A stretch of 64,000 bases of DNA, taken from positions 62,001 to 126,000 of the forward strand of contig KZ537959.1 of assembly GCA_000934665.2 (NCBI GenBank), read 5' to 3'. This document shows positions 1 to 13,200 of this stretch, in pieces; the first letter of the stretch is position 1, and every line of letters begins with the position of its first letter. Below the pieces are notes generated by a model. It did no database searches, was not told the origin of the DNA, and was given only the letters and a program-made list of their open reading frames with translations. A program made the position numbers and the translations under genes. The stretch is from Catajapyx aquilonaris (Eukaryota).

Positions 1-1983
1 AAAATACGGCTGTGGGTGTATGGCGGACCTTCCGATCAAAGATCCGACACGCTTGCAACACCTCTTGAGGAGGTGTGCGTCTCTTAAGAGATTTTGAAAC
101 TTCTCGCAGCAGCTGCGAGCATTGGTGAATGGGATAGGTCGCGTCCCTGGCAACGGCGGCGAGTTCGGAACCAATGTTACGACGAAAATCAAATTTACGA
201 CCGTTAGTGAATCCAGACCTGGAACTTTTTCTTGGTGTATTAATGCTGCATGTGAATGTTGAACTTGTAATTTGGAGTTGTTGGAGAAGGTTACACGATA
301 GTGGACGCATTTCAACACTTTCCGATGTGGAATTATTTGCATTTGCTGTCCTTGTCAACAGTTGGTCATTGCGTGAAGCTCATCGGTCCACATATGGATA
401 GGTGCTGACAGGCACCTGTCACGACCACATAATGTCCAAAACCAATTATCTGGAGGTTAAAAAACTTGGGATTCCCATCCATCATTTAACCAAACCAAGA
501 GGGGCAGGCATAACGAGAATGGTTGGAATGTTGTTAGACCCATCATTTGACAGTGAATGAAGTAATCAGGCTGTGTGAAAGATACCCCAGAGCATGCAAC
601 ATGCTCTCTTGAAGCGCACTGTATCAAGTAATTGATCCAGCATGAATAATTTGGCAGGGAAAGTTTAGTTGACTGTATTCCTTGACGTTTGATTAAACAT
701 TTACAGGGCAAAAGTGATTACCGCCACTGCGCTATGCCAAGTCATTATGGATGTGTATAGGTCGTGGCTGATGTGTGGCACAAAGCGAGCGAAATTTCAT
801 TACAGTATACAGCGAAGGCAGTCATTTGGCGCACATGCGAACGAGTTCAGAGTGCTTAAATGGACGTGTTGTGCGAGAGGCATATGTGCACAATTTGGAA
901 CCTCTGGAGCAAGCCATAGCAATTTTTTTTGCACCTCCAGCGATTTTGCCAGGGGAGTGGGGGAAAGAGCCGGAGGGAAGATTTATAAGCAAACAAGATG
1001 GGCGCTCTTTTGCCTGCTGTCCCGAAGAAGGTACTTGACGCGTTGGAGCCTTGTCAAGAAAGGTATCTAGGCGAGAGCCAAGAATGCCTGCTGCCTTTTT
1101 TGGCGTGAGTCAAGAGAGGCTCTGCAGAATGCTTGCAAGCCGGTTGGGGCAGGGTGGGTTTTGCATTTGAAGTCTTATTTGTTTGCGGAGGGGGGGGGGG
1201 GTGTCGCAAAAGTTGCAGGCAAGCGTGCTGTGGATGATGCCTGGGAAGCTGCTTGTGTCAGACGAGCAGGAGAGGAGGTTTTCACGGGGGGCTGGAGGGC
1301 ATATTTATTAATGGCTGGTGGGTGTTTTGGGAGGGGATGCCTTGTCAGCAGCTAAGTGTGATGGATGGATGCTGCGAACTAGTCCTGTCCGTTCTCCGAC
1401 TCGCATAACACACGTTTTGGCATATATGCAAAGGTGTCGACTCCAAGGATGCTCCAACAAAAAAAAAGCGCGCAAATGAAAATCTTGGCCTGCAGCTAAG
1501 TAATATCTCAGAGTCGCCTGGGATGTTTTTCTTTCTCTCCTCCCCGGCTCGCCAAGTGATCCCCTTACTGGTGATACCCAGCTGGGTGGGTTGTGGGGTG
1601 GGGCACGGTGCGGGGGATTAGTGGGAATCGCCAGCATCAATCAAAGGCTCGGGAAAGTTGGCAGGGCTGGTGGGGGGTGCCGCCCTTCATTTTCCAGCGC
1701 CCGGGATTTTCCTTCCGGGAGCTTTACTCCGCACTGTGTAATGTATAGAGAGCGTTACATGTGTCACGCACGCGGGAAGCTCCCCGCTTGTGTCGACTGC
1801 TGACTTTTCCTTGCCTTGGGACAAAAAGGGCCGGGAAGCAAAGTGCAGTCAACAAGCACATATACACGGCGGGATTGAATGCAGAAGCAGGTAAACAAAA
1901 GGACGAGTGGGAGTCAATGGGTGCTCGGTGGTCCACAGTAGTGTTTGAAAGCCTTCGTCGCCACTTGTGTGGAGACAGCCAGC

Positions 1984-1995
1984 GAGAGAGAGAGA

Positions 1996-2026
<31 letters not shown>
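1984..2026. repeat. (GA)n microsatellite with one interruption
   Basis: Direct read. Confidence 0.95.
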
Positions 2027-4019
2027 GAAGAGGGTTTTGCAGAGCGAGCGCGACTTCCATCCGGCTCGAAATGGGAAAGTTTCCGGTGGTGGGATTCCGA
2101 GCTGTCACTTCCCCCCCTTTCTCCACCTCCCACCCCACCACCCTGATGGTGACACCTGCAGCAGCCTTTCCTTCATCTTCACCTGCCTTCTCACCACCGA
2201 CACATTCGAGCGCACCTGCTCATAGCGCCAGAACTTGGAAAGTCTATTTTCCATAGAGGACGTCCATAAATTACGTAACGGGGGATGCATGGCCGCGTCA
2301 TCCGCCCATTCCACCTGTAACGTACCGGAACGCTCGCGAGACCTCCACTTGAATTACAACACGAGGGGTGAAGCGCCAGTATCTGTTGGGCTCATCCATG
2401 TTCACCTGTGTTGGGGATCCGGCCTAATTCCATTTCGCCGAAACATTTTCCTGCAGTGAAATTTCACTGGAGACATTTCGTCCGCCGAAATTCTTGTCCA
2501 AACGACATCTCATTTTTTTAAAAAATGCCGAACGAGCAAAGGCCCAGTCGCAGCGAAGAGTAAATCAAAGATGGAGGATCTTTCTCATGGATTGGTTTCA
2601 CCAATAAACACAGCAATAGCAAGAATAAATCCTCAATCCAGGGTCTATGAACATGCTGCACTCTGGACACCCAACTCTCATTCCGTCATTGCAGCGTAGT
2701 GTGTACTATATTTCTTTCCGCCTGAAGTGTCGCGTAATTGCAGCCGACGCGGCGTCGCACGTGATTGACCAGCCACTGTCACGTGGAACCGAATGCCAAG
2801 CATTTCGCAAGATTCAAATTCGAGGGTTCTGCAAATATGCAGATTTATCCCCGGAGCAGGCAGACTAGAATAATTGGGCAATTACGGCAAGTGATGGAAA
2901 CATTTTCCCACCACCCCCACCCTCAATAACTGCCGGCACAACTTTGGCGGCTAGATTGGCTCTTGCCAGAGACGCGCAAGTTTCCCTGCGGCTCTGGAAA
3001 CAAGTTGAGACAAGTTATATGAGCTGAGGCGTGGGGTGGGGGTGTCGGAGCAGAAAGGGGGAGGCAGGATGGAGGGGGAGGGGGTGTTTGAGTTGAATTG
3101 GGGTGTATCGTGTATAGATGGAACAACATAGGCGCTTGTATAGCCTCCTCCGAGGCGCACCACACGTATCATCGCACATGGCGTTCACGTCTCGGGCTGA
3201 CACTTCATCTGGAGGCGCTAGATTAATAGTGTTTTGGACGCCCGCTACGAAATCAGTGACAGGCCAAGATTGCATTCGCCCCATACTATCATCCGTCTGG
3301 GGCTGAAAAATTATGCTTCCAGGAGCATTTTCATCCTGGAATTTAGACTACCTACGTGCGCCTGATTGTAGTGGGGGAGGCAAATACGTGCAGGCGTGCG
3401 TGCAGGTATCTGCAGCTTGTACAGTAGGATGCACATAGATTGTGAGGAAATGACAGACGTGAGTTGCAACTTTCACATTGCACAAGGATTGAATGGAGGG
3501 GCTCTTCTGTATTTACTGTAAGCAGTATCCAGATAAAGCTATGTCAGAATTTGAAGCTGGAGGCAGCAGGATATCTTTTCCTTTGCCAATCCGTACATTC
3601 TTTCAGGAATAATTATTGCCAAAATATCGATATCCTGCCAGTGCCAACTGTCCCCAAATGAATTACGTGTAACGGTGTCACAGAGTACCTGCGGATTTTA
3701 TGGAACTAATTTATATTGATATTGTTGCGCAATGTAACATAAATTTTCATTTTATGACGTGTCCGCATTACGCTTTTTTTCATAAAAATATGCATTTTTG
3801 TAGGTCTACCTGTAATGGATGGAGTTCTGGATAATCTCTAACATTAAATACACGTAGTTGTCTTACGATTTCCATAGATCATAAATAATTAAGGTTGGAT
3901 GAATAGAATGCGGATTATGGAATAAGCATATGAAATAGTTCTGGGAGTACTTCACTTATATGTTTTTTGAGATTAGAACGATATGTCTGGTGTGGAGGCT
4001 GGGACGTTTCAGAATTTAT

Positions 4020-4260
4020 GCGCGCTTACAGCTGGAATGGCTCTGAGTTCGATCCCAGACCAGAGTCTACCCACTTTCATCTCACGCGGAGTTAGGGTCG
4101 TATCCTGCTCGGCCTCGGGTGGAATTTCCTTTAGATTAGACTAACAACCCGGAGGAAACAACGAAACATCAGAGACCATCATTGCATTTGCCCCTTGCCC
4201 CTCCCCTCCAAGTCATCCTACCCTGCGGACCCGGGCGCGTCGCCAGTAAGGACTCCAACT
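4020..4260 (+). mobile_element. Possible degenerate tRNA-derived SINE remnant
   Basis: B-box-like GAGTTCGATCCC at about 4045-4056, followed by a GC-richer body with a pyrimidine-rich stretch inside AT-rich DNA. No clear A box, tail or TSD; boundaries are approximate. Confidence 0.3.
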
Positions 4261-7200
4261 GCATTTTGGACGGAAAACAATGAAGGTCCCAGAAACACCT
4301 CGCCGAGGTCGGCATTATCCGAATTCTGATGTGAAAAGATTAAGTATCCGAAGTCGGGGAACATTGAGAATTCAAATATTTTTGCAGGTTTTATGAGCTT
4401 ATTAATTTACAGAAGACTTATACCGGTGGTATTTGTTCAGTATTACCAGTTCCACTTTCGTTAAGCCATTGAATAGTCTCTATATTGTTCATATATATCA
4501 ATGGCAGCAGGTTGTGTAGGTATTTGCATTTGGCAATGAGCTTGCAGATTCGGACCTGACAATTACCTCATTGTGACAAGGGTAGTAGAATTATTAAAGG
4601 TGTTTTACATTTCAAACCTGAAAAATTGGGGGCGTAACATTATGAAATAGAGCTCCCATAATGCCTGTATCCATGACCAGAATCTGTAGGGCCATTTATG
4701 CAATATATCACGATTAGAAGCTTGCATCCTTCAATTGAGGAAGTAATATACTGTACCACTATTTAGCTGCACTGGAAAATCAGTACACCCATAAGTTGCA
4801 CTAGAAAACAAAATCATACATGCGTTTGAAACTATATAATTGTGTAAGAGCATATACCCCTGGAAAGCAGCAGACTGTGGAGCCCAGAGATCCGAAGGGG
4901 TTATCACCCTCCAAGGATGAAGCTACAAAACTTTTGACAGCCTCTGGGGAATCCGCTCTCTCCCGCCATACTAATACCCCTAACCATGCGCCAAGGAGTG
5001 CATACAAATCACCTACTACAAGGGTATTTTCACGATTTAGTTCAAGGTAACTTGATTTCAGCACTGTAACGTTCGGAGTACAATTCATTAACAGGTTCGT
5101 TTTAGTTTTTAATTCGGAATTGGATTTCTTTCTCAAGGCAACTGAGGTCGCCTGCAAAAGGCCGGAATTGACTCCCTGAATATAGCAAGTGCAAGGAAGC
5201 ATGAACTCTGTGTGCATAAGCATGCAGTTGTGTGTAGGGCTGGTGGGCCGCGCCTGTGGTTGGGATCCCGGAATCTGGCCGTTTAACCGCAGAACAATCG
5301 ATACGTGTAATCGGACTAAAGCTAACCTGCAAGGTTGCCGTTTGGGCCCCGCTCATTAGGCGCCTTCCTGAGTGACCCAACGACGAAAAGAGTGAATGGT
5401 CGCCCTTGATGGGACAAGCTTTACTTTCCACCAATTTTAAAGAGTCTGAGTTCCGTTTCTAAAAAGGGAGGCAGAAGGAGAGAGAAAGAGAGCGGGTCCA
5501 ATCTGAGGGTGGAAATGGAAAGAGATGCCAGGAGACGTTTTCCATTTGCGCCGCCTGCATTGAATTCATGGCACACAGGGACCCACTGCCCAACTGCGCA
5601 TTTTTATACGTGAAGGCGCGGAGGCTCTGCGGAATATGCGATAAGGAGTTTCCGTCCCGCTCTCTTTATATGTAACGCGGGTCCTCTCAGAGGTTCTGCT
5701 TAGGAACGTTGGAGGCCCATGATGACTCTAGGAACACCGCCGTGGGATGCCCATGCGCAAGTCTCCCGGGCATCACACCGCAGCCGAGCGAGATAGGAGT
5801 GTGACGTCAAAGGTTGCGCATTGTCATGGAAAAACGGATATACCAAACACGTGTGATTGCTTGGCGTCAAGATCGGCGTCAAGTGAGAGGCCTAACTTTA
5901 CGGGAGACAGCGGTGGGAGACTATTACTAATCAGGCCAGCTTAGACTGCAATTTGGAGAGTTAGAGCCAGGGGCAAAGCCCAGTATCTTGATTGCTTGGT
6001 TCAAGTTTGGAGCGAGCTCATCGTGTAGTATGGCGGAGCTGGCTTTCGGGAGAGATCAGTTGCGGGACTAGCCTGTTCGGATAATGTAACTGATTTTCTG
6101 CCAATTAGCCTGGCAAGAGACGCCGGCCATGGTTTGGGACAGGAAACCATCTGTATCATTCTACCCCTCTAGGAAACTCGCGTAACTTCAGTTTTTTTAT
6201 TGTCTCTTCTTGCTGCTGCTCCTTCCCGCCTCAAGTCGCTTCGAGAACGGATCCTAGAAACAAGGCGGATTTTAAGCCTCTTTGAAGAAATGGATGGGTG
6301 GTAGTAGGAGTAAAAGCCTGTTCTAATCTGGCGCATCCTATAATTATTGCATTGGCGGTCAAAGGAACGGGAGTCTTAGTTTTGCTGCTATCTTGAGTTG
6401 CTTCTTACCAGACGCCCTTTCTGTAAGAATCATTGTGATGCGCTGAACCGCAGTTGGAGTCTTACAAAGTATTTGTGGCGAAAGGAAGTTTCTTGTGAGG
6501 GATAAAAGAAGGCAGCATGCCATATAACCAGGAGTGACGACAATTGATATGAGGTTCGCAATAGGCCCGAAATTGCTGCAAAATTAAAGAATAGATGATC
6601 GTGGGCTGTCTGGATTCACAAAAACCACAAGCGCCAAATGTGAAACTCATATACAGTATTTCGTATTTTCATCACCTCATTACTTTGTTACGACCTTCAT
6701 ATTGAAGTACGCTCTCCAGCATTTCCTTCATATTGTAGCATAATTCATTCGTTTTCTTGTTGGGAGGGAAAGAAGTTTAAGGAAAGGACGTGATTGCGGA
6801 AATGAGGCCGTGAGGTAAGAGCGTTTGAATGAGGCCCATTGTGTGAAGCCATCGCATTTCCATGGGAAAATCACGATGAAGGAGGCAATTTGAAAGTTCA
6901 TATCAATACCAATATATGCAGCCTTTTTTCTGCTGTATTGCAGATGAGATAGTGCAACCTTATTTGCACCATCAGTGGAAGGATGCCATTTGAAGGGGGG
7001 AAAAACATTCCGTTTTTTGAAGTACTCATTCAAACATTTTGTATTATTTATGGCAGTAAAACTGGGCAGTATCAATAATTGTGCGTATGTCTCGAACAAG
7101 TGCGAGGAACTAATAATAAAATAGGCAACACTTATTGCACTACGAGAGTCTGTTCGTATCTGTTTTACTAGTAGGTTTAAAACGATCAATATTTTGTTAC

Positions 7201-10200
7201 TAAAGACAGATACGCAAACAAAATATTGCGAATTCAGATCACGCTGTACTCAGGCAGTACGTCAACCGTGCTGTGTTTTGCACGAAAACAGTGTTTATAG
7301 ACTCGTAGCTTTGAGCCGCTGAGTACGGCCTGCACTGATGAGGTTGATTTTAGTGCCGGTTGATCTTGTTTGCTTACTTGTTTGCTTGCTTGTTTACTGG
7401 AAGATCATTATCTGATTCGCTCAGTTTTAATGTCCCTCGGGCGAGCAAAATTGGCTTGAATTAGCACCTTGTGGGCTTTTCATGTGGCAATCGGAAAGCT
7501 CGTAGTATCGATGTACTGTACCAGCAGATGCAATGAAGATGTGCGAAAAATATTGACGCCTGCGGAATACGTTTCGGAAGGGCTCGATACTGAATGTAGT
7601 TTGTGCGATATTACTTATGCAGGTACTACAGTACAGAGTCGAAAAGGTTTCGACCAAAGGTAACTAGGCCAATCTAGGCTCTTATTTGCACAAACTTAGG
7701 TTGTTTTCAGTTTATCCGCACTCTTATTATTATTTTAATTAGGTGGAGTTTAATGATTACCCCTGTTGTTGCATTCACATGTCTCAAAGATTTAAACTAC
7801 TTTTTCTCTCGAAGGATTAGGCAAATTGTAGATTTAGGATCGACTCGCTGTGCAAGTAAAACACGGGCTTATGTGGGTGAATAAGCTGGGTTGGTGAGAA
7901 CTGCCATAAATATCGCAACAGGGATGGAGAACGTGTTATCAAGTAGGACTCTCTGGGGTTTGAGGTGAGTTTGGTTGGTCACAGAAACTACCTCAGCTAT
8001 TGCCTATTTACAATGTGGAGTAACAGGTGAACAACTGGAGCGCTTAATTGGCTGCAATGGTCGGATGCTTTCTATTTTCACCCATTGTTGTACTATCGAA
8101 TGTTCGCTCTCTCACTACCCAGTCCTAAACTGCAGAAACTCCACTCTACTGAATGCTCTTCTATAGGCCTATATTCCCTATAGTAACCCAATTTGAATGC
8201 GGAACAGTATTGCCAAGACCAACCTCGTGCTCCACGTGCAATCTGTTCCCAGTTTTCCGCAACTGGGCTGTACCAATTAGCGAGGAGAGCTCACAGTATT
8301 GTGTATCAACGCTGTTAAATGGCGTCTGTGTGTAAACACGAGTTCATAATATGTCACTTTGCGGCTTATGAATAGGTTCAGAAATACCCCCAATTTAGGC
8401 TCGAATGAAATTACAATCTCTCACAGATAATATGAATGGCTCGTCGGCTAATTTTTTTTCTCGGTCATGCTTGTATAGGCAGTGTTCGTATTTAAATTTA
8501 AACTTATACTTGAGATCAAAGTATGTGACGAGCTTAATCCTACCGGTCACTCCAACCAAAAAGGTCCGGCATGGAGTTGCATCTGATAATTTCCCGGATA
8601 TTATGATTTAGAAATGCTGCTTGGATGAGTGGATATATAGGAATAATTTGAACGAGTAGAGTGACCAATGGTTTGCTTCCCTATCCTAAGCAGAGAGACT
8701 GCTTTTGACCATTCGGGAATATACCGAAGTAGGAACTTTTTGGCTTTGAAAGTACGCAGCCTAACTCGTGAATGGAGATAGCGAATAAAAAGAAGCTCAT
8801 TGCAGAACTGATGGTGTATGGAGTATAGGTCAGGGGTAGGTGGGTGGGTGCGTTTTGGGGGTTGAAATCCGTAGATCCATGGGCGTGGTAATTGGATGAG
8901 TGGGCGCCTGGTAGAGCTGCTGGCTTATCCCTTTGCAAATCCTGCTTGTGCTGGGCGCCGCAACGCCGCCGCCACAATAAGGGAGCCACATCATTATTTA
9001 TCTCTTGCGCCCGGAAAAGCCTCAGATGCAGCCGCCAAGACCTAGCCTACTTGCTGCAGCACTGCCATACCTGCCTGCCTATTTATCTATTCACGCACGC
9101 CTTCTGCCTGCTTATTAGCCTTTTCTAGCGCCCAATTAGTTGGGATTAGGAAGGATTCGCGCCCATATTTTCTCAGCTGTACTTTACGGGCCCATAGGTT
9201 AGGTTTTGAGTAGAAGTTGCATTTTTCATCTTTGCTGGCTTGCTTTTTTCTGCCTGTATAGGTCGATATTATTTTGCTTTTTTTTGTGTATGTCACGGTA
9301 CAATATTGAAAACACTCGCGAATTGTGCACTAAGCGTTGCGTAGGTTTGCATGATTCAGAAAATTTATCGAAATTATATTGGAAACAGTGTGACATCAAT
9401 GCTGATTGTCAGTTGCACTGACAATTTGTCATTTTACTTTAAAACTACAGCACCTGAAAGACAGTAGTATATTTCTAACGTCTGTGATCAAGGGACACTC
9501 ACTGTCGAAAGCAGTTCATAATAAAGGTAATAGTGCCGGTGCAATATAAACTAGCACTTAAAATGTTGCGTTTATTTGGTTGCCAGTACAAGCAGGTGTT
9601 TTCTCCAAAACCATGCCATCACTTGCTGTATCCAACTTCTTGTTGTCCATCTTTCTTTCAAAGGCAGCTACCACTCACCGCGTTATTTAAATCACACTTC
9701 TTCCGGACCGGATCACCCATCGAGACGAAATAGCTCGAGTTCATTTGGGCGATTCAGGTATCATTACGGAGATGATAATGTCATATTAGGCACGAGGATA
9801 ATGGTGTCATCCTGCCGGTTATTATACCCTCAAAACCCTTGGGATATACATGTTGCCTGGCGCGTAGGATACTCTGTCACAGCAATACTAAAAACTGGCA
9901 TGCCCTTACTTGCGTAAGGAATTTGAAATCTTCGATGTCAACCATAGGAATTTCAGATTAGAACTTCGAAAGAAATGAATCCGAACGGAAATGCGCACCA
10001 TTTGCAATACCATGTATTTGTTATCCTAAGTGAGAATGATTTCACCCGTTTAAAAAATATTTTTTTGTAAAAAGTAAGAGAAGTGTTTCGGCTGTGTAGA
10101 ATTGCATAGGTCATTTGACAAATGTAACTGTTGCGTAACTGTCTGTCTGCTCTGACTAAATGTGAAAGGCTTAATTTTTTTTGTCATTTACGATAATCGC

Positions 10201-13200
10201 ATAATGCATGTTCATTGATAAATAAAGCGAACGTTTTCTGTCAATTTTGAACGTGTTTTTGATTGAGAGAGAGAGAAAAAAAACGTTTACAACTTCCATT
10301 GATGATAAAACTGTTGAATTGGTACCTTGATGTCGGAACGACCTCAAGGGGAATGAGCACTTATTTTTGTTGCATATTGTAATATCGATTTGGCATATTG
10401 CTGATAGTCGTCAATCTTGCGGGAAAGTAGTAGTGATTATGGAGCACGAAGTAGATCTATCCATCTTTCGACCTCATATTTTTAACCATCCAGCCTGCCA
10501 TCATTGTATAACATGTTTCTCCGTGGAATCTATTGTGCTAGCTCGGGGGCGCCTTGGCCTAAATCTTCTTTAGTTGGTACTTTAAGCGAGATGCTCGCAA
10601 AAAGTGACTCGGGAAGTAATGCAGGCATCTCTTCCTGCTGGGTTGTAGGCTAGCGTACTGGAAGTGCACTTCGTACGTGACTCATGAAAGCAGGGCTGCT
10701 AGGAGTTTTTAGTGTGGCGGTTTGGGAGAGCAGTACATCAGCATAAATTTATTTTCCTGTAATAAAAAGCTACAAATGACTTTAGCCTCCTATGCTATAG
10801 GCTATCTAGCTTGATGGCAGAAGCTCTTTTTCTCAACGTAGGCGGCGAATTGTAGCTTTTTGTCTTATGGATAGGAGAACTCGAGCCATCTATGCTATTA
10901 AGACTTTTAACACCTTCAACTAACTCTGTAATGGGATGTTTAATGTAAAAATGCGTGATTACTGAAAATAGGAAAGTTATGTGAGTGACACTCCTAGGTA
11001 ATGTGTCGCATTGAATTAAACTGGTTGTCTTAATTGAGAAACTCGATTGTTTTGCAAGTTTGTGGGAACTGTACATGTGCTTGTTATATTGAAGCAGTAT
11101 TTCTCTGTGGGGAGGGAAGGTAAATTATTTCCACAACACTCGCCGGCATCATTACGGATCTGTCCTCCAAGGACATGAGTAACTTTGTGATGTGCAAGAT
11201 ACCTGCAGTGCAGCCTATTTTCTTAACAGAATACATTTTAAATGTTCTCTTGAGCATAGTACAGTACTTAGCATGCAGAAGGCAACTTATTATCACCCCA
11301 CACTGTAACGCTGCTACATTCTGAGAGCCATGTAACATTCAGCAGAAATCTTCACGCTAAAATCGGAATCTGGCCCGAAAAGATCACGATGTGGTCATAT
11401 CGTAAGAGTTTTTTCCCCCCCTGCACTAAACATTCTGATTTTTGGTTTATAAAACGTCTCGATGTGCCGTTTGCATGTATTGTACCGAGCCCTATCCTAC
11501 TTGAGAGGGTCGTAATCGTCTCATGCTTAATTCCAGAGTAGTCGAAATAACTGCCCTGTGACCAATAAAAAGAAAAGTATAACCACCTCTCCACGTCTCT
11601 CCTCGCCGGAGGAGGCATAATAAGGTAATTTGAAGGAAAAGGGAATGTCAGCATTGCGATGATGGATTCCACGCCGCCCCCCTATTGATTTTGCGTTATG
11701 CAAAAGAAGCGCTTTAAAACTGGCCGTTAAAAAGGGGAAAAAAGTTCTCCATGCTAGATTTTGCTAGTGACGTCATTGGCGCGCAATGCTGCTTACGCGC
11801 TCATGGCAACGTTAATTGCACACATTCTCGTGCTGGAGCATTTGGAGACGCACCACAAGGATAGTTACTTTTCAATAAATTCAGTGCACCTGATTTTCCT
11901 GAAGCTGTCCAGCAACACCTGCGCTGAAATAAAAGCGCCTAATTAGGCCATTAATCAATTCCAGCCGTCCTGGAAGCACTGAATTGTTCATCTCCACCAC
12001 CATCTCCTAATTAGCAAATTGGATCTTTCTTCGTGGAAAATTAGTGCGGGGAAGGCGCCTCTTTCTTCACTTCCAATCATGCTCTCCTCGCCACCCTAAT
12101 CAATCGTTCTGTAAACTTGCGATTTTACTTAGTTGCGATGAAATATGTCGTTGTGGTGATGGTGCTGCAGCTTTGTCGTGTCTGTATGTCTAAGTAATGA
12201 TCGGTTACAATGTTTACAATAGGTGGGTATCAGTTTGCACAGAGTAGGCTATTGCATGAATTTCTGACGAGGGAATGGAATTTAGGATTCCTTCCACAGA
12301 TGACCAAGTAGATGCCAGATGGAGGTCTTGGAAGTGTTCTTGTGAGAGGAAAATTACTCATTTTTTTTATTCCTTTATAAATAGAAGTATTAATAGTTTA
12401 GTATAGGTACCCATTTTCTGCAGAAATGCAGAAGCGACCGAATGCTGTATGGGTGGAATTGACATTACGCACATTATAATGTGAGTTATGTGACTGTTTC
12501 CCCCGGTTAAGCTAATATTGGTTTTATCCGGTATTATTTTTAGGAGTGGTTACGTTTCCGATGCCACTGTGATTATTCGGGAATCTAAAAAGTGTTGTAC
12601 ACGATTATGCTGGGATGAAGATAACAAACCTCATGTGCACCAGTTGCCTGGCTTGGCGGTTCCCGGTTCCTCTCAAGTTCCCCCCCCCCCCTCCCCCGGC
12701 AGACCTGCACACCTAACCAACCACACGAAAATGTCACGCAGACTCGTTGCTAAGTTTTTCGGCCTAAATTGAATTCATATGCCCTCCTGCGTACTGCTTT
12801 CCTTGGCAGAAATGTGCAATAACCCGGGACCCGGATGAAAATTTTAAACAGCAATTCCGGAGGGTATGACGACAACTTGCTACTTTAGGGCAGGAAGAAG
12901 GAAAAAAAATAAGAAGGAAAGGAATGTGTCACATTCTCCCTAGAGCCGGCGTCCATTAGCTACATTTAGTTTGCACGACTTAGGAGGTGTCGCGTCGAGA
13001 TGGAAAGGGAGCCCGATGCAAAGCAGTGTGTCTGGAGAGGGAATAAAGAAGGTCTGGCCGGGTATATAAGAAGGCTTAGAGCTGGAGGGAAAGGAGCTGT
13101 GGATTTATAGACTTCTTTGCGATCGGTGCCGGTTATGAATCATTGCTGCATGAACCGCTTTTGGGATGAAAGATGGCGGCCGTATTCAACGCCCAGGGGA

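Noticed and set aside
2..379. Minus-strand frame of about 126 codons open to the window edge, plus faint transposase-like words on the + strand
   Set aside because: No family recognised and motif spacing does not fit a Tc1/mariner transposase; flanking sequence would be needed.
5190..5203. tgcaaggaagcatg resembles the reverse complement of the insect miR-1 star arm
   Set aside because: The mature miR-1 arm is absent at the expected distance and no precursor hairpin forms; treated as a chance match.
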